Positions 10,252 through 21,943 of a stretch of DNA of 64,000 nucleotides are shown in pieces. Position 1 is the first letter of the stretch. The number at the start of each line of letters is the position of its first letter. The notes below the pieces were generated by a model. It did not search any database. It had not been told where the DNA came from and saw nothing but the letters and a program-made list of their open reading frames with translations. A program made the translations under genes and the position numbers. Source of the DNA: Podarcis filfolensis (taxonomy: Eukaryota); assembly GCA_964270895.1 (NCBI GenBank), contig OZ185437.1; one strand, given 5' to 3'.

Positions 10252-11574
10252 TATGGGGAACTTATTAGCTGCATCCAGGCAGATACACTAATGCATTCTA
10301 TAAGTCACAGGAGTGGGTGTGCCAATTGGCTCTGCCCACATGCTAACTAGCCCAAGGCCCTGGCACTTGCACATAAATGTGTCTGCAAGAAAGGAGACTC
10401 CATGCATATAACTGTATGTGTGAAGGCTTCTGTCTATATGATCTGGATCATTTGATGATTGCAACAAAGCAACTGACTGTGGTACCATTTCCTCCCCAAC
10501 TGCCAATTCCACAGTGGCAGAAAGAGAGGAGATGTGCCATCTGGATAGCCTTTGTAAGGAACGCCACTGCTGCTGCTATGCAGAATGCAGAGGACAAGTC
10601 CCATTTCAAACTGTTTTCAATTTAATTTAAAGTCTTGATACAAACCAAGCATCAAAGACTTCCATTGCCCATCCGGTTTTGGATTTGATACTTCCTAAGT
10701 ATAATGGTGAAGAAGAAGGCAGCTGCTTCCCACCTTCCTTTTCATGGTACTATCACCCACTGTAGACTGCTCTATGGCAATACAAGAATCCAGCCTAATC
10801 CATCATCTGTGAATGGATGGGTAGGCAAAGTGACTAGGGTAGAAGAGGAGGAACTGAAGAAACCATGGCTGTGGGGACATTAAAGAGAGGAGGGTTATGA
10901 ATTGCAAACTAGCATTCCTAAATCTGAATACTGTACCATGCAACCCCTAAAAAGGAAGGAAATGTTTTAAGTTACAATTTGTCCAAACACAAAAGCTTTA
11001 CATGCAGTTAACTTAGGCATGGCATTTTCATGTTAAAAATATACATCTTCACACACACACAAAAATTTACTGATGCCAGCTATTCTAAAAAGCTCACGTT
11101 GACATGCATCTGAACTGCAACAGAACCAAGCTAAAGCTGATTTCACACTACTGAAGAGCAAAAGAAGAAGAGAAGAGCAACAGGAAATGGAATCTGCCAA
11201 GTTCTCATTGCCCTGAAGTTGTGTAGTCTCCATTTAACACATTACAGCAAACTGTATGGCAGTTGTCCAATAATTAACCGAGAACATTTCAATTTTCAAA
11301 AGTTCTGATTTGACAAAGTAATTAAGAAGCTTTATATTAAAGCCACATCAAAATATTGATGAAAATGGCACACAATTTCCTAGCTGCTGTATGGATCATG
11401 TTTTGCTCACCTGAGCAACCTCCTAATCAGCCATTTGTTCTTTTTGCACAATGCTTTGTGTGTGTTTGTGTGTGTGTACTTCTTCTGAAAAGCTTGCTTT
11501 AAAAAAACAAACAAACCTTCGACTGTTCACCTCTACATAGTTCTATCTTTATTTATCGTTCCATCCTTATCCTT

Positions 11575-11650
11575 ATTGTGATATCGATATATCACAATGT
11601 TTGGCTGGTGATATATCTCAATGTTGAAAACCAGATATCGCCTAGCCCTA
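11575..11650. mobile_element. hAT-like terminal fragment
   Basis: Ends GATATCGCCTAGCCCTA (reverse complement TAGGGCTAGGCGATATC); GATAT-rich subterminal repeats. Confidence 0.45.
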
Positions 11651-12206
11651 CTCTGAAATATAGATTAGCAGAATAGCAAAACGAGGTAAGAGAATGGCTG
11701 AGCCTCCCTCTCACTCCATCAGCCTTTGGGATGTTGCACAAGAGGAATAAACCAATGATACCTCTTCCTGCTGTGCAAGCATTTTAGCATGAAACTTATC
11801 CTGTGTCAAGAATAGGATACAATCCGTAGGATTTACAGTACTAGTAGCAGCAGCAGCTGCTGCTGCTGTGTCAACAGTGGGTCTGTGGTAGAGTCCCAAA
11901 CATGGAAAACTTGTGCAATCTCCACAATAAGCTTAATAGTAACTAGTTTCTATTAACACTAGTTAATAGTAACTAGTGTTATCACTTCCCCTTCTCTCCC
12001 CAAGCATTATTCACAGCAGCTACATGCTGCCTACCAAGGGAGCTTTCCTCCCATAGCAGTAGCAGCTTCAGAGGTGGGGTGATTTTTGTCAGGACCACAG
12101 CATGGAGAAAAGGGTTGAATCCCACTCCTCTGTGGCCTGGTCTTCCTACCTCCCATGGCTATTTGCAGATAGAGCGATATAAGCAACTTAATATTGTGTT
12201 CCAGTT

Positions 12207-12400
12207 ACAGATAGGTAGCCGTGTTGGTCTGCCATAGTCAAAACAAAAAATTTTTTTTCTTTCCAGTAGCACCTTAAAGACCAACTAAGTTAGTTCTTGG
12301 TATGAGCTTTCGTGTGCATCTGAAGAAGTGTGCATGCACACGAAAGCTCATACCAAGAACTAACTTAGTTGGTCTTTAAGGTGCTACTGGAAGGAAAAAA
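12207..12400. mobile_element. Penelope-like pLTR remnant in inverted arrangement
   Basis: Same pLTR sequence as 47460-47537; perfect 59-bp inverted arms at 12261-12319 and 12334-12392. Confidence 0.85.
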
Positions 12401-12683
12401 AATTTTTTGTTTTTAATATTGTGTGTTTGTCATCCCTTGGCCCACTTCAAGTTTCCATGGTGATCACTCCCAAAAGCAACCTTGCCTTTGGAAAACTTAA
12501 CATGCAAACTGGGCTATCCTGAAGCTTCCAAGTATAAGTATAACATTTTGTCAGTTCTGAAGCGAGTCTATGAAAATCAATGGGTTTCAACAATGTTTTC
12601 TCATCCTCTTTTTTTTTTTTAGAGAGAGAGAGGGGGGGAGAGAGGGAGGGAGAGGGAGGAAAAACCTCAGTGACGAAACTAAC

Positions 12684-12866
12684 CTCCAAAGAGATCCACT
12701 TCAGCAGAAGTAGGAGCAGCGGCAGCTGTAGATGTAGCAGAAGCAGGTGCTATTTCAGTAGTAGTAGTAGTAGCAGCAGCAGCTGCAGCAGCTGGAGTGG
12801 GCTCTGTTGCAAATGGATCTGAAATCTGCGGCTCAGAACTAACACCGGAAAGCCCAGCCAGACCGT
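12684..12866 (-). CDS. SNAP91: Exon 16 (183 nt)
   Basis: DGLAGLSGVSSEPQISDPFATEPTPAAAAAAATTTTTEIAPASATSTAAAAPTSAEVDLFG; ttgtag| ... GAG|gttagt. Confidence 0.95.
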
Positions 12867-13037
12867 CTACAAGTCCATATATGAAGATCAAACGGAAATA
12901 GTGAGCAGAAGAGAGAGAAAGAGAGAAGGGGAAAACAAACTAACACTACATTGCAAAAAAGAGTGAAATGGCAGGACTAGGCTAATTGTGTATTAACAAT
13001 TTGGAGGAACTGGGGTTAGAAATCAAGCATTACTCAC

Positions 13038-13052
13038 CCTCTCCCAAGAGGT
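13038..13052 (-). CDS. SNAP91: Exon 15, 15-nt microexon encoding DLLGE
   Basis: aatgctgcag|ACCTCTTGGGAGAGG|gtgagt; phase 1-1; matches GDLLGED of mammalian AP180. Confidence 0.92.
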
Positions 13053-14607
13053 CTGCAGCATTGTCCATTAGAAGATAGCAATGTAAAGAAATAAGAGTTA
13101 ATAATAACTGCCAGGGCCAACATGCATGCTATCCAGAAGTCATTCTCTGCCAGCGTGGGGCTATTTCAAATCAACAGGACGCTGCTCTAACTCCAGACAT
13201 GCCACAGGTACCTTGCATATGGTTTTATAGGATGCAGTCTGCTTTCTTTTTTCCAAAGCTCCTAAAAACAAAGACTTAAGTGGCCGAGACTTCTCTGAAA
13301 CCATTTCTACCACAGCTTCATCCAACCACATTTCATCTTTAAAAATAATCTGGACTCATCTGATGCATCATTCCCCATGTACCATTTCATTTTTCAACAC
13401 CCTTGGGAAGATGAATACCACTTCACCCAACTACAGTACATTTGAAGAGTCCATCATGAAATGACACAAAAGTGTTACTATCCAACAGGCAGCGAAGGTT
13501 GATGGGTGCAAGTACTGATCAAGCCAAATGCAACATATATAAAAAAATTATTGAAAGAGTACAGTTCAGGCCTGTCCCGTCCCTGCTCTGCCCCTCCCCC
13601 CAAAGAAAGCATCTCTTCCTGACTTGCAAACCCAGGCTTTTAAGTCATAATCTTTTAGATACCAGAGTTAGCTTTGAAAGACTCAAATTGGAAATGACCC
13701 TTCCTGTCTAAATGGACAAAAGCAGACAGCTAGGTTTATTGTTCTTGCCTATAGCTCATGGTTAATGAGCAAAGAGTTAAAGAACAAGCCCTGGATTTTT
13801 AGAACTTGCTCAGTCAAACTCTGACTCAGTAAGCCATGTCATAGAAATGATGCAAATGTAAGAAAAAGTAGGCAATACAGATGTTTCCTTGTACCACTAA
13901 CTATTCCGCAGTCTGAGTAAGCAGTGATGCACAAGGAAATGTGGTACTCTCTGGTTTTTTGTTGGATTCCAGCTCCTATCAACCCCAGCCAGCAAACAGA
14001 AGAAAACATGCTGCTGACCAAACATGTCTCTTCTCTCTGCATCAGAGGCACAGAGAAGAAAGCTTAACAAGAGGTCACAACAATAGGTGCTCCACTGTAA
14101 GACAGACTGCAGTCTAGGTGTGTATTATCTGCCATGTGCATCACTGAAACTCTACTTTCCAATTCCACACAAGAAAAAACAACCTTGAACCCTTGGTGAC
14201 CACAATGTATATCTGCTGGGCTGCACTGGGCATACCAAGCCATAAAGTGTGCAGCCTTGACTTTGGGTGTAGATTAAACCGGAGAGAAGTTGTTTCACTT
14301 TAAATTTTCCTCTTAGGCAGCATGCCTGCTGCCTCTCTTTCTCCAACAACTCCCCCAGTGCCCCTATAAGAGGCTCTCTCAACCTTTTGGAGCAGATTTT
14401 GGGGGCACAGGGGAGATGAAGAGGTGAACAGTGCAAGGCAATGCTCCACCGTGAAGTGGACCTTCCCTTACACAAGTGGATGGACGCAATAATCTGCTAG
14501 CCAGTTCATCACCATGACAAGAATGCCAGCTTTTAATTTATAGGTACCACTAGAAACCACTTTCATGTTTCAGACCTAAAATTCCAGTTAGAAGCAACGA
14601 CGACAAC

Positions 14608-14897
14608 AAAAAAGAGCTTTGTAGCACCTTAAAAGACTGATTTATTATGCTACCAGCTTTCATGGACTGAAGTCCACTTCATCAGCTAAATGAGATTGAT
14701 TAGATTTCTGCTCTATACTGATAAATGGTGCCTTCCATCTGGACAACAACTTCCAGAGAGGGACCAGGTTTAGTCTGAAGCAGACCCTAATCTACAAAAG
14801 CTTATGCTATAATTAATTGTTAAGCATTTTTTAAAGTTGCTACAAGACTCTTGGTAGTTTTTGCTGCAAGTAGACGAACATGGCTGCTGTTCTGGAA
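14608..14897. mobile_element. Older Penelope-like pLTR remnant
   Basis: GTAGCACCTTAAAAGACT and TTAAAGTTGCTACAAGACTC inverted ends; hammerhead-like core on the minus strand. Confidence 0.6.
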
Positions 14898-16971
14898 GTC
14901 ATTAAGAAGCAGCATGAGCATAGCTCAAATAAACACAATTTATATTTCAATTCACACAGTTGAACAAGACACTACCTGCCCAGCAATAAATTGGCTGTAT
15001 TATAAATCTACACTCCTTTAAGGTGATACCTAAGTTCTGCATCTCCTGCCTGTTTTGGGTGCTCATATAGCCCAAGGTTTAATATTCTCAGTAGGTGTAA
15101 GAAGGTTTTCTGAGTTCTGGCAGCCTCCACTGTGGTTCCAGAGTACTGCATATTTAATGACAATTTAAGGCATTCGGGGTTTAAATGTCACATTCCTTCT
15201 ACAGAAGGAGAGAATTAAAGCTCAACATAGCTAGGGATATAGTGCTCTTGTTATAGGGCAAGTCACACGTAAAATGAGAACACATTTCGGGATCCGCGTT
15301 TTATTACACTAATGGCTATGCAGAGATCAGCAGAAATAGAGACCCACCTTGGATTCAACCACACTCATTCGCTGTACATTTGCCAAAATGAAAGCTTTCA
15401 AAACATGGTTTTCTTTGTGAAACAGGATTCACTATGGAATAATGAAAACTTTGAACAGATAGGCTGAATCCAGACCTCCTAGTCTGAACTTTCTCAAAGT
15501 TCCTTGTTAAAATGAAAACAAAATCAAGTGGTTTTTTGGGGGTGGTTTTTTTTGGCATATTTTTAATATCCCATAGACCTTACCATGCAAATGCTGCTGC
15601 TATAGTGTTCTTTAAAAAGAAAAGAAAAAAGCTACAGAAAACAGCAGTGAATGCTTCTCTCAAATGGTGACACTATCCATATACATTTCCAAAGGACCTA
15701 TTGGTTCTAAAAAATGGTTCGAGATACAGTGAGAACATCTAGCACTATTTCAGGATTTCTTTTATAAGCAACGATCCATGTAGAAGGATGACCGCACGCC
15801 CTTACCAGGGGTATCATGTGTAGGTGCAGACCTAATGGATTCAATGCCAAGTGATGCCATAAGACACCCACTGGCATGAGAAACCTCTTCCTACACCTGT
15901 TACCCAGTGGTGGCAAAAGTATTTTACCTATCAATACCCTGCCCAATTGGCCACTACTAATATTTCTATGTGCCATGTGATCCACCTGGGACAGGTCAAA
16001 CACAGAAGCTTTGGGAGCTACATCCCTCTCCCCCAACACTCTGACATGCAATATCAAACTAGAAACCTGAAGTAGTAGCAAGTGACTGGTGTTCATCCAA
16101 GGGGTTGGAAAATTAATGTGGCCTTCTGCCCACTCTTAAAATAGTAAGGTTTGGTTTGTAAAACGCCACCACACACAACATATAGCCCTTGTGCTGGCTA
16201 GTTCCAAGAAGGATTCTTGTCACTTATTAAGGGAGGAGGGGAGTGAGTCAAGGCCCTTCTCCAAATACTCCAAAATCTTTCCTAGTAATCAGTGGCTCAG
16301 CATTTCCCCCCCCAGAATAACAGTTCTGACAGGTTTCCAGTGCTGCACACCATGAAAGCAGAACTGATCCATGTCATGCTAGACCATGGTTTAACATAGT
16401 ATCCAGGAGCTGCAACAAGTCTTAGGCTTGTGTGCTCTCCCATCCTGCGTATGCAAGACAATGACATTGGCAACATTTACTTCCTTTAAAGCTGGCTTGT
16501 TGTTGCCCGAAAATCCAAGATTATGGTTTACACCAGCCTTCCCCAAGCTAGTGCCTTCCAGATGTTGTTGGACTACAAATCCCATCACTCCTGGCCTATG
16601 ACCACACTGATTGGGGGAACCAGGTTAGGAAAGGTTGCTTTACACTATGGTCATTTTAAGAAAACCAGTTTCACAACCAATGCTCTGAAGCAATTGACCA
16701 GAAAATAATGAGTTAGTGGTGCATTGTGATCCCAGGTTCCCATGCTATGACAATCCAACACTGAAGGAAACTGAAGGAAATGCTTCTTCTTCTAGCTGTG
16801 TGAGAAGAAGTGGGGTGGGGTGTGTGTGCAAGGCTCCTTACAGCTTATGCACAGTTTTGTAAACCATGGTTTAGTGTGATGTAGGAACACAGCCAGAGTG
16901 CAGTCAATGCTCAGGGGTCAAGGATTATTCTAAAAGGAGTTTTCAGAGGTCTGTGATCAGAAAGTTTTTAC

Positions 16972-17075
16972 CTCCCCATGAAGTTGCTCCAGCTGAAGCT
17001 GCTGAAGCTGCTTGCGCAGTAGTAGATGTAACGTCTGGCAGAAGGTCTAGAAGATCACTGGAGGGTTTGGAAGCA
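16972..17075 (-). CDS. SNAP91: Exon 14 (104 nt)
   Basis: ASKPSSDLLDLLPDVTSTTAQAASAASAGATSWG; caacag| ... GAG|gtaaaa. Confidence 0.93.
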
Positions 17076-17600
17076 CTGTTGCAGAAATAAGACAGAAAAG
17101 AATTTTAGGATGAAAGCTGTAGGTGTAGTTTTGAAATGGTGTACTAGTCTTGTGAAGACTTCGCTATCCCTCTGTCCTGATCAGTGCCTTGTGGAACTAG
17201 AAGCAAGACATTGGGAGATAGCACTGCATGTGTGTGTGTGTCAGACGCATGCATTAAGAGTTGTGCACACTCATACTTTGGGTACTATGAAATAGCTTGC
17301 CCACAATGAGCTTAAGATGGTCTTTCCAACAGTGTGAAAGAAGTAGAGAACTTATAAAATACAGGCAATGACCAATCTATGTGCAGCCAATTGGCTCATG
17401 ACCATGCATCCGCACATCTCCGCAACCCGGAAGTTGGTGGAAAAGGAGCCAGAACAGGAAAGAGCACTCCACTGACATGTTGGTCGTTGCCTGTGTATAT
17501 CGAAAAAGACAACTTTACCCATACCATCACTCTTTAAACACAACTTTTAAAAATAAAAATAAATAAATGAGTATGTATTTTTATTTGTTGCTTAACTAAC

Positions 17601-17710
17601 CTGACTGGAGCCGCTGTAGATGATGTTGCAAAGAGATCAACTGGAGGAGATGTATCAATACTTTTTGCCGGGGTGGAATTGGGAGACGTAACAGTTGTGG
17701 CTGGAGAAGA
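17601..17710 (-). CDS. SNAP91: Exon 13 (110 nt)
   Basis: SSPATTVTSPNSTPAKSIDTSPPVDLFATSSTAAPV(S); gtccag| ... CAG|gttagt. Confidence 0.95.
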
Positions 17711-19499
17711 CTGGACAAGAAAAACTCATAAGTACACAACATGCACTTAATTTTTCAGCAGCTGCTATCTTAAAAGTATCTTTAGTATTTTAATGTAAAA
17801 AAGAGGTCAACAGTGTAGTCCTGTGCATGTCTGCTCAGAAGTAAACCCAATGAAGTTCAATGGGGCTTACTACTAGGTAAGCGTGAATAGGCTTGCAGCG
17901 TAACGTGATTAAATCCCCTCCCAATAAAGAGGTCCATCTCAAACTTTCACTTCCTCTATCATTAGCCCATAAAGAGGAACCATAAGCATGTGTTAAAAAG
18001 ACAAGTGCCAAATTCAGTAGATACAGAAGTTACTTTATTAACAGCGAGTTAAAAGGCCTTTGAATTTTAGGTCTCTAGTTCACAGTGGCTCAATATTATC
18101 TGGGGATCAGTGGCTAAGCAAGATCTCAGATTTCACTGCCATGACAGAAGCTGGAAGCCTGCCAACATCCATCAAGGAAAAGATCCCATCAGCGTATCTT
18201 CAAGGCAACGGTGTTCCTCTGCTGCTGAAGGCCACGGGTAAAATCTTTTCCCCCACCCCCTTCCATGTACTCAAGTGTTGTTGTTTTTTCTAAGAGACTT
18301 TGTATATCTTCAGTCTAGGAGGAACTTAAGATATGGCCTCCAGACACTAGGCACCCTATTTGATGGCTTAGAAATTATTATTTTTTTAAAAAAACCAACA
18401 ACAATAGCTTCAACAGAGGCAGAGGAAACTAAACTCCCACTTCAATCCTTGCAGGAAAACGCCATTATTTTCCAGGTTCACATTTAGAATGTGACAACTG
18501 CATTCATCTGATATGAAACTGTGCCCTTATCAAATAGTTCTGCAGACAAAACTGTTATAAGTATAAAAAACAACTTGACAATTCTGAGACTTGGAATAGT
18601 TTGTTCTTTGTGTTCAGGTGTATGGTTTCAGAGAATAGGGCTTTTGACACCAGAATTTAGAAAGAAACATAAAGGCAGGATTTGCATGATGTATGAAATA
18701 GAACCTAATCTATAACTGTTCCAGTTGCAACATTTCTAGGTAAGATAAATGACTGTGCTGTAAATTGGTAATAAAACCTACTCAGAAGGGAGAGGCAGGT
18801 CTAGACTTAATCCTGAGATCCAACCTGAACCTGGTGCAAGATTGTCATAGCCTTCTGGAACAGGGATCTCAGCTATTCACAGTAAACCATAATTAATACT
18901 TTACTGTGCACAAACCAATCACACCCTTTTCACTCCTTTCCACTAGTGCTGAGTAGAAACAAATCATGATCCAACTTAACAGCAGAGGTTGTAGTTTGTT
19001 TTGCTCAGATATGTCACAATAAGTAAACGAAGAACAAACGGTGGACACAAACTGTTTTCTGGGGAGCAAAATAGACACAATCCATGGATAAAATGCAAAA
19101 GCAAAAGCAAAGGAACACAATGTTTCTTCCCGGTGCTAGCAAAGCAGAGCTAAGTGGGCACAATTAGTTAGCTTATGAATGATAAAATTATTAAGTATAG
19201 TTTACTGCAATGTCTTCATTGCACCCAATCTGTGGTTTAAATGGGAAGCTGTCCTAGAAATCCAACATATTCACATTTACATTTTAGAAGAGGAAACGTC
19301 CTATAAATGAGTGGATTAGTAAAAAGGGAGCGTAAGGGGAGTTGAATCTCAGCAGTATTCTTGCAACTTTTTAAACGCCATGATATAAAAAGTCCCAACA
19401 AATACAAATAAGTTCAAGAGGACATCAGTGCAGGGCAACAAGCAAAACCAAGGAAGTTATCAAAGGCAAGAAACCTTCCCTTAAATAATGATCATCTGT

Positions 19500-20160
19500 C
19501 CAAAAGAGAACACAAAGAGTACGAAGTCTAAAACAAACATACAGAGAAAGCATATCTTGCCAGAAGTATTAAGACAAAATAATAAAAATGGCTTTAAACA
19601 GAAGGCGGTAAGTAACCAGGGATGTAGATGACAATGGTATGAAAGTTCTACTAGAAAAGGATAGGGAGATTGAAGAGAAGCTGAATGAATTGTTTGTACT
19701 GGTCTTCAGTGTACCAGTTGTTGGGGAGTTTATAGCTATTCCTGAACTGTTTCTCTCAGGTGCGGATTCTCAAAAACAGAGTGAAACAGGTGACAAGAGG
19801 ATGAAGTTTTAGGGCTAACTGACAAATTTAAAAATACAGTGGTACCTCGGGTTACATACGCTTCAGGTTACATACGCTTCAGGTTACAGACTCCGCTAAC
19901 CCAGAAATAGTGCTTCAGGTTAAGAACTTTGCTTCAGGATAAGAACAGAAATTGTGCTCCGGTGGCGTGGCAGCAGCAGGAGGCCCCATTAGCTAAAGTG
20001 GTGCTTCAGGTTAAGAACGGTTTCAGGTTAAGTACGGTCCTCTGGAACAAATTAAGTACTTAACCCGAGGTACCACTGTAACATGTTACCAGGTCTGGCA
20101 AACAATGGAAGGTTCTTTAAAGACTCAGATGCGAAGCTGCTGAACTGCCCAACAACAACA
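19500..20160 (+). mobile_element. CR1 LINE ORF2 fragment interrupted by the MITE at 19837-20078
   Basis: DREIEEKLNELFVLVF (from 19660) and EVLGLTDKFKN continue past the MITE into a degenerate PGPDG-type segment; outer limits approximate. Confidence 0.6.
19837..20078. mobile_element. Tc1/mariner-type MITE, family A copy 1
   Basis: TA TSD; perfect 18-bp TIR CAGTGGTACCTCGGGTTA. Confidence 0.92.
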
Positions 20161-20817
20161 AAAATGTACAAACTGTCACTAAAATGAGCTTTCTAATACC
20201 AGAGGATGCTATAATAGCCATTCTAATTCCAGCTTTAAATAAGGGATGAGGAACATAAAAAGTTACAGGGTCATTAACTGGGTAGATTGGTAGCAAGAAT
20301 TATTAGCATGCCTTACAAAAGCCAACCCGATTTCCTTCAGATGTCCCTGGGCATTGCCCATGCTGGCTGGGGCTGATAAGAGTTGGAGCCCAACAACATT
20401 TATTTATAAAAATATTTATACACTGCTATATTGTTGTGTTTGATTTTATTGTTTTAGTTCTCTAGAAGCCACCTCAAGTATATATAATTGAGACAGAAAG
20501 GTAGAATATAAATTATAGTAAATAAATACAAAACACCAATTTTGCAAATACCTATAAAAGCACCTGATTTTCCTTTACCACATGATCCAAATAAATGTGT
20601 AAATAGAGTCACTACTTAAGTTTGTGGGAAAGAGAGAAGATGCAGCTATAGACGTCTGGGTTTGATTACTCATTCATGTAAAATCCTCCTGCACACAGAA
20701 TTAGCACATCAATCAAGATACAGTTGGGCTTCTAACAAATCTTTTACATTTACATTTCTTAAACACTTGTGTTAAGAGAGTAACTCTATCTAGCTATTAT
20801 AACATTAAAATGTTTAC

Positions 20818-20845
20818 CTTGCCCAAGGGTGAAGGAGCGCCAGAG
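20818..20845 (-). CDS. SNAP91: Exon 12 (28 nt)
   Basis: SGAPSPLGK; ttctag| ... AAG|gtaaac. Confidence 0.92.
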
Positions 20846-21461
20846 CTAGAAGAATTAATGTAAGAAAATTTTTGAATGCAATACACTAGGAATATCTTAA
20901 GCAGACTTGAAGGCTGGAGTATAATGCCACGGTCTATAGCAAAGAACAATAATACCTTCTACTCTAAAAGCTTAGGAATTAAATGAAAATTCAGGTCTGT
21001 AAAACTTTAGTTGAAGATTGGTTAATACTCTCCCTGAATATCAAATGCAGTCAATGAAATGTACAAAGAGATGCCATGACTCAGTGGTTAAGCACATTTC
21101 CTCTGCATATAGAAAGTCCCAGTTTCCTTCAGTTAAAGAATCACATCTGCATACTTTTAAAGCACACAGCTTTCTCCCAAAGAATCTTGGGAACTGTAGT
21201 TTAACCCTCACAGTGTTAAATTCGCAGCAATCCATAACAAACTACAGTGCCCAGAGTCCTTTGAGGGGGTGGAAATGTGTTTTGAATGTGCTTTAAAAAT
21301 ACAGCATGTATGGAGCCTCAGATAGCAGCGACAAAACCTCTACCTGACCCTTTATGGGGCCACTAGGTGTCAAAGGAAACAATTATGGGCAACATGGGCT
21401 ATTGATCTGCCTCTGTAAATAAGGCGGCAGCTTCTTATGTTTCAATACTACTTAGGAAATA

Positions 21462-21670
21462 CAGTGGTACCTCGGGTTACATACGCTTCAGGTTACAGAC
21501 TCCACTAACCCAGAAATAGTGCTTCAGGTTAAGAACTTTGCTTCAGGATAGGAACAGAAATCGTGCTCTGGCAGCGTGGCAGCAGCAGGAGGCCCCATTA
21601 GCTAAAGTGGTGCTTCAGGTTAAGAATGGACCTCCAGAACGAATTAAGTACTTAACCCGAGGTAGCACTG
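21462..21670. mobile_element. Tc1/mariner-type MITE, family A copy 2
   Basis: TA TSD; same TIR with 1 mismatch; body closely similar to 19837-20078 with internal deletions. Confidence 0.9.
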
Positions 21671-21943
21671 TATATATTTTAAAAAACCTTTTTAGTATAA
21701 CTGAGGTTGCTTGTTTGCATATTACTCTATGCAGCTACATTGCTAAAGCAGACACAAAAATGTAATAGGAGTTGTTTTGATCATTAACATGGGATATGTC
21801 AGACACCTTCATGGGATTTCCTGCAAAATTTCTATCGATTGTTCACCTGAGCAAATTCTCCAAATTAATCTAAGCAGCATTTATCAGAAACTCATTAAAA
21901 ACCAGAACCATCAGCCCAGTGAAGACTTTAGCTGAATGGTATA

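Noticed and set aside
11411-11496. Pseudoexon with donor CAG|gtgagc
   Set aside because: Competing AGs interrupt the pyrimidine tract, the body is (CA)-repeat derived, and there is no other support.
12447-12689. 80-aa ORF continuing from exon 16
   Set aside because: It is in a different frame from the exon; in-frame read-through stops immediately (GGT TAG).
21357-21375. CTCF-like GGCCACTAGGTGTCA
   Set aside because: The GGC core is broken (GTC) and the context is AT-rich; too weak to call.
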